A stretch of DNA of 52,247 nt, from positions 1 to 52,247 of the forward strand of contig JBMSQQ010000009.1 of NCBI GenBank assembly GCA_049423385.1. Reading direction: 5' to 3'. A program made the position numbers and the translations under genes. Shown here one piece after another: positions 1 through 8,685 of this stretch. The notes beneath the pieces are model-generated. The model had not been told where the DNA came from. It searched no databases and saw nothing but the letters and a program-made list of their open reading frames with translations. The stretch comes from Silvanigrellaceae bacterium (GTDB taxonomy: Bacteria; Bdellovibrionota_B; Oligoflexia; Silvanigrellales; Silvanigrellaceae). Position 1 is the stretch's first letter. Every line of letters starts with the position of its first letter.

Positions 1-10
1 AATTGTCGAA

Positions 11-1585
11 TCAATCACGGGCCGGACGTTTTCCGCCGGGAGCAATCCATTCCCTATACTTGACGAGCTCCTGTGGAGTTGGATTGGCCTTGCGGAATCT
101 CTTGCCGTTCAGTGAAACCTCGATACGACGATTGGCAGCACGTCCTTGTTTTGTCGCATTGCTTGCCACAGGATAACGGAACGCAACGCCGGATGTCGTG
201 ATGATTTCGGACTGCACATCGCGATCAACCAAAGCCTTTTTGACCGCATCCGCACGACGCTTCGACAATGCCATGTTGACGTCCAGCGAGCCCACCGAGT
301 CTGTGTGACCCTCAACATGAATTGCATTTGGCTTTTCAATTTCAAGCCTTTCCTTGAGCAATTCGATTGTCTTCATCGCAGCAGGAGTCAATTCGGCACT
401 GCCAAACTTGAACCGCACATAGCCAACGTCGACGACCTCATTGCCGACCAGCAGTCGGAGCAAGCTCTCATCGCTTGCCAATTGGCGAGGAGCTTCCTCT
501 GCACGACTGTCGGCAAGAATGCGATCGAGATCGACGTCAGAATAAAGTGGAAGTGCATCACGTGGATCAAACACGCCACCGCTCTCCACTTCCTTGTATC
601 CTCCGGAAGTATATCGCACTCCGGCCATGAGCCTCGCCAATGGCGAGCCAACCCCTCGTCCGAATCCTGTTCCCACCGAACCATGAAAAGTCATTTTATC
701 GTTGTAAACATAACGCGCGCCCAATCCCCATTCCCACGGATTTCCGGGGCTGCTGAGCGAAATGTAACCTTGGCTGAACTCGGTGCGAATGCCGGCTTCA
801 AGACTCAAGTGCTTGCTTGTTCTGGGTGTGCCCATGGCCGACCATTGAAAACTGCTGTCCCATGACACAGCCCAGTTGCGTGCCAAAAAAACCCTGCGCC
901 CATTCACAAAACCGGTTTCGCCGATCACCCGCTCGCGGTCGCCCCAGAGGATGACTCCCGGAGTCAGACTGACTTCCCAATCTCCCCCGGTCGAGAAAAT
1001 GGAACTTGGAACACTGAGTTTGAGACGGCTTGTTCCATCGGAAAGCATCGCTTTCTTTTCACCAAAAGGGATTCGAACATCAGCGGCGATGGTGTGCGTG
1101 CCGGCAATGCGGGTTCCCCACTCGATGGCCTTGTACTTGATTCCGACCCGTGGGTCGGAAAGCAGAAAGAACTGCCGACTGGCGCCGAACTCCATCAGAT
1201 AATTCTTGGGATTCTGATGAATATCCAGAAGAGCAATGGGCAGAACACCGTAAAAATCAAGTTCGCGCAAAAGGCCATAGCCTGCAGAGAAATGCGTCAT
1301 GATCAAATCGTCGACGATCCCGACCCGTTGGCTTTTGCCGTCTCCCAGTTCAACAGGATTCATGACATAATCGGCAGTCAGACCATACATCCATGCCTGA
1401 AATGGAATAATGTGTGGAGTTTCATTCAACAGGCCAGAAGCATTGCCGGCTGTCGGGCTGTAAGTTTCTGCATTGAATCCCAGAGCCGAAGCCGTCTGCG
1501 CATGCATGCCCGAAAGTGCAATCAATCCAAATGCAAGTGCTCGATTTAAAAATACCGTCCCGCGCTTTTCGAGGAATGACTTCAT
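11..1585 (-). CDS. Outer-membrane beta-barrel + OmpA-like peptidoglycan-binding domain protein (TraB-like architecture)
   Basis: Signal peptide (AQTASA); barrel-like N-region with alternating aromatic/Gly strands; C-terminal OmpA motifs VRFKFGSAEL, VEGHTDSVG, LSKRRADAV, NRRIE; ATG overlaps the upstream gene's stop. Confidence 0.85.
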   Translation of the reverse strand: MKSFLEKRGTVFLNRALAFGLIALSGMHAQTASALGFNAETYSPTAGNASGLLNETPHIIPFQAWMYGLTADYVMNPVELGDGKSQRVGIVDDLIMTHFSAGYGLLRELDFYGVLPIALLDIHQNPKNYLMEFGASRQFFLLSDPRVGIKYKAIEWGTRIAGTHTIAADVRIPFGEKKAMLSDGTSRLKLSVPSSIFSTGGDWEVSLTPGVILWGDRERVIGETGFVNGRRVFLARNWAVSWDSSFQWSAMGTPRTSKHLSLEAGIRTEFSQGYISLSSPGNPWEWGLGARYVYNDKMTFHGSVGTGFGRGVGSPLARLMAGVRYTSGGYKEVESGGVFDPRDALPLYSDVDLDRILADSRAEEAPRQLASDESLLRLLVGNEVVDVGYVRFKFGSAELTPAAMKTIELLKERLEIEKPNAIHVEGHTDSVGSLDVNMALSKRRADAVKKALVDRDVQSEIITTSGVAFRYPVASNATKQGRAANRRIEVSLNGKRFRKANPTPQELVKYREWIAPGGKRPARD

Positions 1586-3330
1586 GGCAATCGCCTTTCA
1601 TTTTGCGCTGCGAAAAAACGTTTTGCTCGCCGTGCAAAAACGATCGGCAATGCCAGGCACAGCAACGTCGCGATCAAATCACGCCAGGAACTGGTGGCAA
1701 GACGGCCCGCAATTGTGCCGCAATTGCCTGTTCCACCCTGCAAACGGAGTTGAGCGTACTCTTCCAGACTATTGGCTTCGCCCACGACTCCAAATTCACT
1801 CGCCAGCCTGTTGCCCTGATCCGCATTGCGATAATCGCGGTATTGTCCTCCGTTGGGTGTGGCGTAGAATCCATCGCCCTTGGGATCTGTGCTGCCAATG
1901 AGATCGCCATCGACTGTTCTGCCTTCATCCACGGCTGTGCACTTGAGTGATGGATCGGTGGAGCCACCGACATTGACTGTGAAGGTTTGCGAGCTGGAGC
2001 TGGTTCCATCCTGATATACAGGTGTCACCGTGACGGTGTTGCTGCCGCTTTTCAAGCCAACGAATTTGATGTCGAATGTGCTTTCTGGTGCCGCTGGCGA
2101 AACAGCCTTGTATTCAAACTTGCTGCCGCCCTGGGGAGTGATTTCAACTTTTACATACTGAAGTGCATTCTTGTCGAACTGATCAAACAGTGCAGAAAGT
2201 TTCTTGTTCAGTTCGGACGCACCCCGTGCATAACTGAACTTCACCTTGCCATTGCCGGTGCGCGCACTGTTTTCGATCAAAAAACCTGCGGGGTTCAACA
2301 AAGCCTTGCCGCTGTCGTCATAATCAAAGTAAGCCATTGAATCCTGGGTGAACAGCACATGATGCACATTGATCTCGCCGAAAGGCGTAGTCAGCGCCTC
2401 GGCATGCGCCTGCGAGATTGCCAGTGGAGCTTGTCTGTCGATGCAATATTCGCGGAATTGTCCAAACCGATCACCGGAAACAATCGTTTCGGTCGCCAAC
2501 CTTGCAGATGAGCGGCAAGTTGCAGCCGCAATGTATTTTGGAATGTTGGGCAAGCCATCCGTGACAACCACAACGTTGCGACCCATCGTCGATGCACCCA
2601 AAGCATCGTACGCCTTTTTTGTGCCCTTGAAAAAATATGAAAAATCGGTCGAACCGCGCGGCATGACAGCGGCGTAATCGACAAAATTTTTCATATTGGA
2701 AACCGCGTTTGCATCGTTCGCAGCACTGAAGTCCAAATACTCGCAAATCGACAACTTGGAGGCATCGCTGGGTGAACCCCAGCGCAAATTTGCCGAAGCC
2801 GAAGGAAATACATCGACGGCCGAATCGCAGTAGTCTGGTGAAAAGCCGGCATTCAAGTCGTCAACCCGCTGGTCGCTCAACTCCGTACCCGACCTGCCGT
2901 TGTAATTCATCACAGCGATCTTCGGATAGTCGGCACTGCCGGTTGCCACACCCGACGTTGCGGCCTTTGCAACAAAAGATTCAATAAAACCTTTGACCAT
3001 CGGAGCGCGCGCCGTGTTCACGTCGGTCGTCGCCTGGCTTTTGGAGTTGTCGACAATCAACATCAACTGGCTCCGCAGTTGATCTGCTTTTGGTTTGCAG
3101 TTTTTGACACTCCAATTGAACGCAACCACTGAGCCCGCGCCAGAGGCGGGTGAGATATTGATTGTGGGATTGGTCAAAACAGTCGCTGGCCCACTGCCTG
3201 GAATGCAATCCCGGTCCGTTGATACGGGTTCGCATCGGGAAAAGCTCGCCGGAAAGGCAGACTGTGGCCAGGCCAACAGGATCGCACCTGGAATCCATCC
3301 AATGGAGCTGGGCGGCAAATACTTCCTCAC
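1582..3330 (-). CDS. Secreted VWA-domain protein with C-terminal Cys/TM/basic sorting tail
   Basis: MIDAS pattern IVDNSKS...GST...VVTDGLPN; signal peptide; C-terminus GGTGNCG-hydrophobic helix-RRAKR; GTG at 3330 preferred because AGGAG lies upstream (ORF track starts at 3402). Confidence 0.75.
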   Translation of the reverse strand: MRKYLPPSSIGWIPGAILLAWPQSAFPASFSRCEPVSTDRDCIPGSGPATVLTNPTINISPASGAGSVVAFNWSVKNCKPKADQLRSQLMLIVDNSKSQATTDVNTARAPMVKGFIESFVAKAATSGVATGSADYPKIAVMNYNGRSGTELSDQRVDDLNAGFSPDYCDSAVDVFPSASANLRWGSPSDASKLSICEYLDFSAANDANAVSNMKNFVDYAAVMPRGSTDFSYFFKGTKKAYDALGASTMGRNVVVVTDGLPNIPKYIAAATCRSSARLATETIVSGDRFGQFREYCIDRQAPLAISQAHAEALTTPFGEINVHHVLFTQDSMAYFDYDDSGKALLNPAGFLIENSARTGNGKVKFSYARGASELNKKLSALFDQFDKNALQYVKVEITPQGGSKFEYKAVSPAAPESTFDIKFVGLKSGSNTVTVTPVYQDGTSSSSQTFTVNVGGSTDPSLKCTAVDEGRTVDGDLIGSTDPKGDGFYATPNGGQYRDYRNADQGNRLASEFGVVGEANSLEEYAQLRLQGGTGNCGTIAGRLATSSWRDLIATLLCLALPIVFARRAKRFFAAQNERRLP

Positions 3331-3552
3331 GTTGGCTTTCTCCTTTCCGATGGGTTCGAAAAACCACGGCTTTGACAGAAATATTGCCATGTTTGGGCAC
3401 ATCCCAATACCCCTGAATCTCCATTCGATGGAGGCATTTCATCGGAGATTTGACACACCCCCTCCGTATGAGCGAATTTGCCGTTGTTTCTACACTCAAG
3501 ACAGCGACTGGAGGACTTCGGGGGACTCTCCCGGGAGTCTCTGGCCCCACGG

Positions 3553-5796
3553 ATGGACAAGGTCATGACTCTCGACAAGCGCGGAAAGAATTTGTCCTCA
3601 AAGTTTCAAGCCACAGTCTATCTCGATTGCAATGCCACCACACACACCCACCCGCTGGCCCTGCAAACTGCCCGGGAGGCCATGGAGCTATGCTACGGCA
3701 ATCCAAGTTCCACACACATCTCCGGCCTGCATGCGAAGTCATTTCTCGAAAGCGCGCGTGAGGCGGCCGCAGTTGCGGTGGGTGCAAACGATCCCGAAGA
3801 AATCATCTTCAACAGCGGCGCAACGGAGGGTATTCAGTCCTCTATTTTCTCGGTGCTGTTTCATCTTCTCCGACAATTTCGGGAAACCGGACGTCTGCAG
3901 CGCTGGCACATCCTATATGGCGCAACTGAACACAAGGCAGTCCCTGCCGCAATTCAACACTGGTCCGAGGTGCTCGGTCTCCCGGTCGAAATCGAGTCCA
4001 TTCCCGTCGACTCAAATGGCATTCTCGATCTCGAGTTCATGGAGTCGCGTCTGGCTCAAACCGCACTCATCTGCACAATGGCTGTCAACAACGAAACAGG
4101 CGTGATTCAGCCACTCGAACGCATCTCTGAACTTCTGGCCACATCCGAAGGACGAGGATGTCTTTGGTTTGTTGATGGTGTCCAGGCATTGGGGAAGGTT
4201 CCTATCCGGTTGTCCGAATTGGGTGCTCACTACTCGTGCTTTTCCGGGCACAAATTGAATGCACCCAAAGGCATCGGATTTTTGTGGGTCCACAAGGACG
4301 CTCCTTTCACCCCGATGATCGTTGGAGGTGGACAGGAACGTGGAAAACGCTCGGGAACCGAGAATCTTCCCGGAGCAGCAGCGTTTGGACGCATCCTCAA
4401 GGCTCTCAATGATCCAAAAGACAGCATCTTCATGAGCCATTCACAACTTGAGGAATGCAGACAAAAGCTCATCTCAACGCTTTCGCGTTGCTTTCCCACT
4501 CTGGTCTGGAATGCCGACCTGCAGCACTGCGTCCCCACAACCTTGAATTTTTCAGTTGAAGGAGTATCGAGTCGTGAATTGATGAATGCCCTCGATGCTG
4601 CGGGCGTTCGCGTCTCCGGTGGCTCTGCATGCAGCTCGGGTAAAACAACGGAAAGTCACGTTCTCTCGGCAATGAGCCTGCCAAAATGGCGCAGCCAGAA
4701 TGCCATCAGGCTGTCGTTCGGACCCGCCAATACACCTGCAGAAATCGACGCCGCATGTCTTGCTGTTCAGCAGGCGGGTGAAGCTTTGCGGGCGAGCTGC
4801 ATGATACCCGCATTGCCTGCGAGTGCGGATCAAGTGGCAGAATTTCTCAAGCACACAGGTCCAGGCGTCAGCGAATTGAGAGCTTCCGACGGGACACGCG
4901 CATGGCTTGTGATGTCCCACGGCGGTGCTTCCGTGCTCGTTGCGGATTGTGACCAGGCACTGCAGGAACTCAACAACAAATTGTCTTGTCGGGGACTGCA
5001 GGGAACCCACATTCTGCGCCTCGACAAACCACAGACAGACCCAATGCCTCCCGGTTGGATACAAATCAAAACCCAATCAGGAACATCTTTGCTTCTTGTG
5101 TCCGCGCCCTTCAGCAACGTTCAGAATGCACAGGAAAACAAATCAAATGTTTCAGTCCTGTTTGCTCCAACCCGTGACTGCCTCGACGAAATTCAGCAAG
5201 GCAAAAACTCTACACTCGACAGCTGCGAGGCCATTCTTGCTTGTTTTGCATGCGAGACTTCGGCCCTGACCGTCTATGACTTTTTCAGCTTGCACGAGCT
5301 TAATTCAAACAATTTATCGAAAAGGACAATGCAAGGCGCATCGAAAAACACGCTTGCAGTCAGCAATGCTGCTTCTGCGAATGATCGCATCGAATGCACA
5401 AAGGAAGAGTTGGCAAATCTGTTTTCTGAACAGGAGTTCACGGTTCTCGACGTTCGCGAAGCTTTCGAGTCGGCAACTAGTCACCTCGATGAAATCATGA
5501 ATCAGTTGCTCAAAACCAGCGTTACTGGACAAAAGTCGAGTCAGAACGGAGTGAATTTCAAGATTTTGCCCTTGTCGCGTCTTCCACAGTTCCTGATCGA
5601 ACGTCTTGAACATCCAAGAAGTGAGAAAATTCTCTGCGTCTGTCGGAGTGGCCAGCGGAGCCTTCAAGCCGCTGAACTACTGCGCCGACTTCCAGGTTGT
5701 GATGCTCACAGCTTGAAGGGAGGCCTGGCCGAACTGCTGGCTCCCACGGTTTCTCTGCCTCCCAGATCTGTGATTCCGACTTTCAATGGCAGCTGA
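3553..5796 (+). CDS. Cysteine desulfurase (IscS/NifS type) fused to a C-terminal rhodanese domain
   Basis: YLDCNATT, SGATE, EHKAV, NNETG, SGHK (PLP lysine), GGGQERGKRSGTEN, SGGSACSS (catalytic Cys); C-terminal LDVRE and CRSGQRS, SLKGG rhodanese motifs; start uncertain (3478-3592). Confidence 0.88.
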   Translation: MDKVMTLDKRGKNLSSKFQATVYLDCNATTHTHPLALQTAREAMELCYGNPSSTHISGLHAKSFLESAREAAAVAVGANDPEEIIFNSGATEGIQSSIFSVLFHLLRQFRETGRLQRWHILYGATEHKAVPAAIQHWSEVLGLPVEIESIPVDSNGILDLEFMESRLAQTALICTMAVNNETGVIQPLERISELLATSEGRGCLWFVDGVQALGKVPIRLSELGAHYSCFSGHKLNAPKGIGFLWVHKDAPFTPMIVGGGQERGKRSGTENLPGAAAFGRILKALNDPKDSIFMSHSQLEECRQKLISTLSRCFPTLVWNADLQHCVPTTLNFSVEGVSSRELMNALDAAGVRVSGGSACSSGKTTESHVLSAMSLPKWRSQNAIRLSFGPANTPAEIDAACLAVQQAGEALRASCMIPALPASADQVAEFLKHTGPGVSELRASDGTRAWLVMSHGGASVLVADCDQALQELNNKLSCRGLQGTHILRLDKPQTDPMPPGWIQIKTQSGTSLLLVSAPFSNVQNAQENKSNVSVLFAPTRDCLDEIQQGKNSTLDSCEAILACFACETSALTVYDFFSLHELNSNNLSKRTMQGASKNTLAVSNAASANDRIECTKEELANLFSEQEFTVLDVREAFESATSHLDEIMNQLLKTSVTGQKSSQNGVNFKILPLSRLPQFLIERLEHPRSEKILCVCRSGQRSLQAAELLRRLPGCDAHSLKGGLAELLAPTVSLPPRSVIPTFNGS

Positions 5797-6613
5797 ATCA
5801 TCGATGTTTTCCCATGCAAAAATCAAAGCTGAATTTCGGCTGGATGACCTTGACTGTCAGCTGATTGAAACCGCCGATGGAAGCTGGTCCCTGCGTTTAG
5901 GGACAAGCCGAGGGGAAATGACTGAACCGATGCACAGTTCCAAGGGAGCGTGGTCCGAAACATTGGAAATCTATGAACCCGCACTGAAGGATTCGCTGCA
6001 GTTCATTCGGCCGGGAAAAAACTGGACGGTTGCATCAGTCGGACTCGGATTGGGATACAACGAGATTCTCGCAGCAGGAATGTCATTGCGGCATGGATAT
6101 GAGCCATCACAGGTGTCGATCGTCTCTTTTGAAAGCCGTCAGGAATTGACTGAAGCCTTCAAATCGTACTTTCAGAATTCCACCCCAGCTTCGAGTCCGA
6201 ATCAAATTGCACCGGTGTACGACGACATTTTGATTAGAACAGCAAGATTTTTCAATCTGGACCAGCGACACTTGCAAGACTTCATTTGCAAACTTGTCCA
6301 TGAGCAGCGACTCGATTTTCGTCAGGAGATCACGATCGATTTACTCAGAACGGCAGTGCCTGATTTAAAGGTTTGCGATTGTCTGCTGTTTGATGCTTTC
6401 AGTCCGTCGAGCAGTCCTGACCTTTGGAACCCCGAGCTTTTACAATTGATGGTCGAAACCCTCGCAGGGCCGGAATGTATTTTCGTCAGTTACGCTAGCC
6501 GCACGGTTTTAAAGAAAGTCCTCAAGGAGAATGGCTTTCGGCTTCAGAAAAAGGCGGGATTCGCCGGAAAACGTGAGGCAACTTTTGCCGTGAGACTAAA
6601 AACGGAAAACTGA
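5786..6613 (+). CDS. MnmC-type (MnmD-like) SAM-dependent tRNA methyltransferase, stand-alone
   Basis: TADGSWSL, HSSKGAWSE, GLGLGYN, FDAFSP, P-x-LW and G-F-x-GKRE motifs of the MnmC methyltransferase domain. Confidence 0.8.
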   Translation: MAAESSMFSHAKIKAEFRLDDLDCQLIETADGSWSLRLGTSRGEMTEPMHSSKGAWSETLEIYEPALKDSLQFIRPGKNWTVASVGLGLGYNEILAAGMSLRHGYEPSQVSIVSFESRQELTEAFKSYFQNSTPASSPNQIAPVYDDILIRTARFFNLDQRHLQDFICKLVHEQRLDFRQEITIDLLRTAVPDLKVCDCLLFDAFSPSSSPDLWNPELLQLMVETLAGPECIFVSYASRTVLKKVLKENGFRLQKKAGFAGKREATFAVRLKTEN

Positions 6614-6651
6614 ATTCGATGCTTGGCACATCCGACTCAATGGTTTCAAAC

Positions 6652-6679
6652 AAAAAAAAACCGGCCGAAGCCGGTTTTT
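6652..6679. terminator. Bidirectional intrinsic terminator
   Basis: A9-CCGGC-CGAA-GCCGG-T5 between convergent genes; a second related hairpin follows at about 6684-6710. Confidence 0.8.
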
Positions 6680-6722
6680 CTGCAAAGTTCCGGCCGAAAC
6701 CGGAAACTTTTCACTCCTCAGA

Positions 6723-7007
6723 TTACTGAGCAGGAGCAGCAGCAGGAGCTTCTGCAGGAGCAGCAGCTGGTGCTTCAGTTGCAGGAGCGGCAGCCTTCTT
6801 AGCAGCCTTCTTCTTGCCCTTCTTAGCAGTCTTAGCCTTCTTGGTTGCCTTTTCTTCCTTCTTAGCTTCTGCAGCAGGAGCTTCAGCAGCAGCTGGAGCA
6901 GCAGCAGGAGCTTCAGCAGCAGGAGCTGCAGCAGGAGCTGCAGCTTCGTTAGCCAGAGCTGTGGAGAATGCGAAAACAGAAGCAATAGCGACAAGTGCCA
7001 ATTTCAT
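6723..7007 (-). CDS. Small secreted Ala/Pro/Lys-rich low-complexity protein
   Basis: GGAGG RBS; signal peptide MKLALVAIASVFAFSTALA; AAPAAEAP repeats flanking a KKA-rich core; strongly biased codons (GCT/AAG). Confidence 0.85.
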   Translation of the reverse strand: MKLALVAIASVFAFSTALANEAAAPAAAPAAEAPAAAPAAAEAPAAEAKKEEKATKKAKTAKKGKKKAAKKAAAPATEAPAAAPAEAPAAAPAQ

Positions 7008-7096
7008 GAGAAACCTCCATTGAACAAAACTTGTTCAAAGCTGAACCGGGTCCTTAGACGCCATGCCTGAAGGCCCCATGGTCAACTTCTGCAGGG

Positions 7097-7124
7097 TATA
7101 CGACCCAGCTCCAACGTTTATTCC
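7097..7124 (-). promoter_or_regulatory. Candidate ECF sigma-factor promoter
   Basis: Minus strand GGAAT-N17-CGTATA with an A10 tract just upstream (7133-7142), about 90 nt before the small-protein start. Confidence 0.45.
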
Positions 7125-7212
7125 CCATGCAATTTTTTTTTTCAACATCAGCAGTGGCAGAAATTTCACGGCCTTGAGGTCGTCGTTGGTGGGAATCTGG
7201 AGCAGCCCAAAC

Positions 7213-7238
7213 GAAAAAGCCACCCAGTGGGTGGCTTC
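7213..7238 (-). terminator. Intrinsic terminator of tig
   Basis: AAGCCACCC-ACT-GGGTGGCTT hairpin followed by T-run on the minus strand, about 25 nt after the tig stop. Confidence 0.75.
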
Positions 7239-7263
7239 GCTTCAAAACATCGCATCAAGTGGG

Positions 7264-8547
7264 TCAGGCCTTTGCAGCCTCGACTTCAATCTTGGCCATT
7301 CCGACGAGGTGCTTGAGAACCTTGTCAACCAAAACTTTTCCACGGAACTCCTCGATGACCTGTTGTCCGTAATTGCGGAGCAAGTCCTGAGGGCGAATTC
7401 CTGCCTGAAGAGCGAAGGTTGTCAATTCCTGGCTGACTTCGCGATCGTCCACGGTCAACCCCTCAAGACGGGCGATGTGACCCAGTGCAAGCACGCCCTT
7501 CACTTCACCAACAGCCCAATCACGATACTCCTTGCGGACGTCTTCGTTGTTGGAGTCAAGTTGATTGCCTTTTTCGCGACGACTGTTTGCATCGGCAATC
7601 GCGCGATCAATTGTGCCTTCAATCAAACTCTCTGGCACATCGAAAGTGTTTTTGTCGAGAATTTGCTTGATGATGTCATCCTTGAACTTCGCCACCTTGT
7701 TGCGATCGTTCATGCTCTCGATCTGGCTACGCATGCTGCTGCGAAGCGCGTCGATGTTCTCTGCACCAAATTGCTTCGCGAACTCATCATCCAGCGCTGC
7801 AACCTCGAACACCTGAATTGAGTTCAACGTCACTGTGAACTCAGCTGTCTTGCCCTTGAGGTTGGCGTCGGAAACGGTCTCGGGATATGCAACCTTGATT
7901 TTTTTGCTGTCGCCGGTCTTCATTCCAACAATGCCGTTTTCGAGCTCAGGCAGAGTGCTTCCATCCAGGTGAAGAGTCACACCCTTCGCTGCACGTTCTG
8001 ACAATTCTTTTCCATCCACGGAAATAACATAATCAACTTTGACAGCGTCCTGCTTTGCTGCAGCACGACCACTTGTTTCGGGAACCAACTTGTCGGCGTC
8101 AGATGCAAGTTGACGCATTGAGCGCGCTATCTGGTCGTCAAGCTCAGGTTCCTTTTCATTCGTCTTGAGGATCAGTTCCTTGTAACCCTTGATGTCCACC
8201 TTGGGGTTGATGTCCACTGTCGCGGTGTAGTTAAACTGCTTGCCTTCCTCGAACTGTCCTTCGACGTCGATCATCGGAAAACTCACGATTTGAAAATCAA
8301 CCGTCTTGACGGCCTGCTCATAGGACTCGTTCACTGCCTTTTCGTATGCCTTTTTGGCCACGTCTTGAGCAAAAAACTTGCGAACCAGGGCACCAGGAAC
8401 CTTGCCCTTGCGGAAACCTTTGATTTCTGCGGACTTCTGAATTTCAGTCACAGCGAGGTCGAATGCCGATTTCACAGAGTTCGAAGGAACTTCGATACGG
8501 AACTTGCGGCGAGTGGAGTTGATTTCTTCAATCTGCGGTGTCGTCAT
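7264..8547 (-). CDS. tig: Trigger factor
   Basis: GFRKGKVP ribosome-binding signature; FKBP-like middle (GMKTGDSK); LDDEFAK; 427 aa. Confidence 0.95.
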   Translation of the reverse strand: MTTPQIEEINSTRRKFRIEVPSNSVKSAFDLAVTEIQKSAEIKGFRKGKVPGALVRKFFAQDVAKKAYEKAVNESYEQAVKTVDFQIVSFPMIDVEGQFEEGKQFNYTATVDINPKVDIKGYKELILKTNEKEPELDDQIARSMRQLASDADKLVPETSGRAAAKQDAVKVDYVISVDGKELSERAAKGVTLHLDGSTLPELENGIVGMKTGDSKKIKVAYPETVSDANLKGKTAEFTVTLNSIQVFEVAALDDEFAKQFGAENIDALRSSMRSQIESMNDRNKVAKFKDDIIKQILDKNTFDVPESLIEGTIDRAIADANSRREKGNQLDSNNEDVRKEYRDWAVGEVKGVLALGHIARLEGLTVDDREVSQELTTFALQAGIRPQDLLRNYGQQVIEEFRGKVLVDKVLKHLVGMAKIEVEAAKA

Positions 8548-8685
8548 GGATTAAATCTCGCTACCAACGGGTTTACACTTACCAGGCCATGGTCTGTACG
8601 GCCCGGCGTCAATTGTCGTTTCAAGCCTACCTGCTTAATCGACGTCGCCGCGGTTGGCAACGCGCTGGAGCACAACTTCCTGTTC

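Noticed and set aside
7035..7212. 6S RNA or other ncRNA downstream of tig
   Set aside because: No long rod-like pairing; better explained as promoter and leader of the small secreted protein
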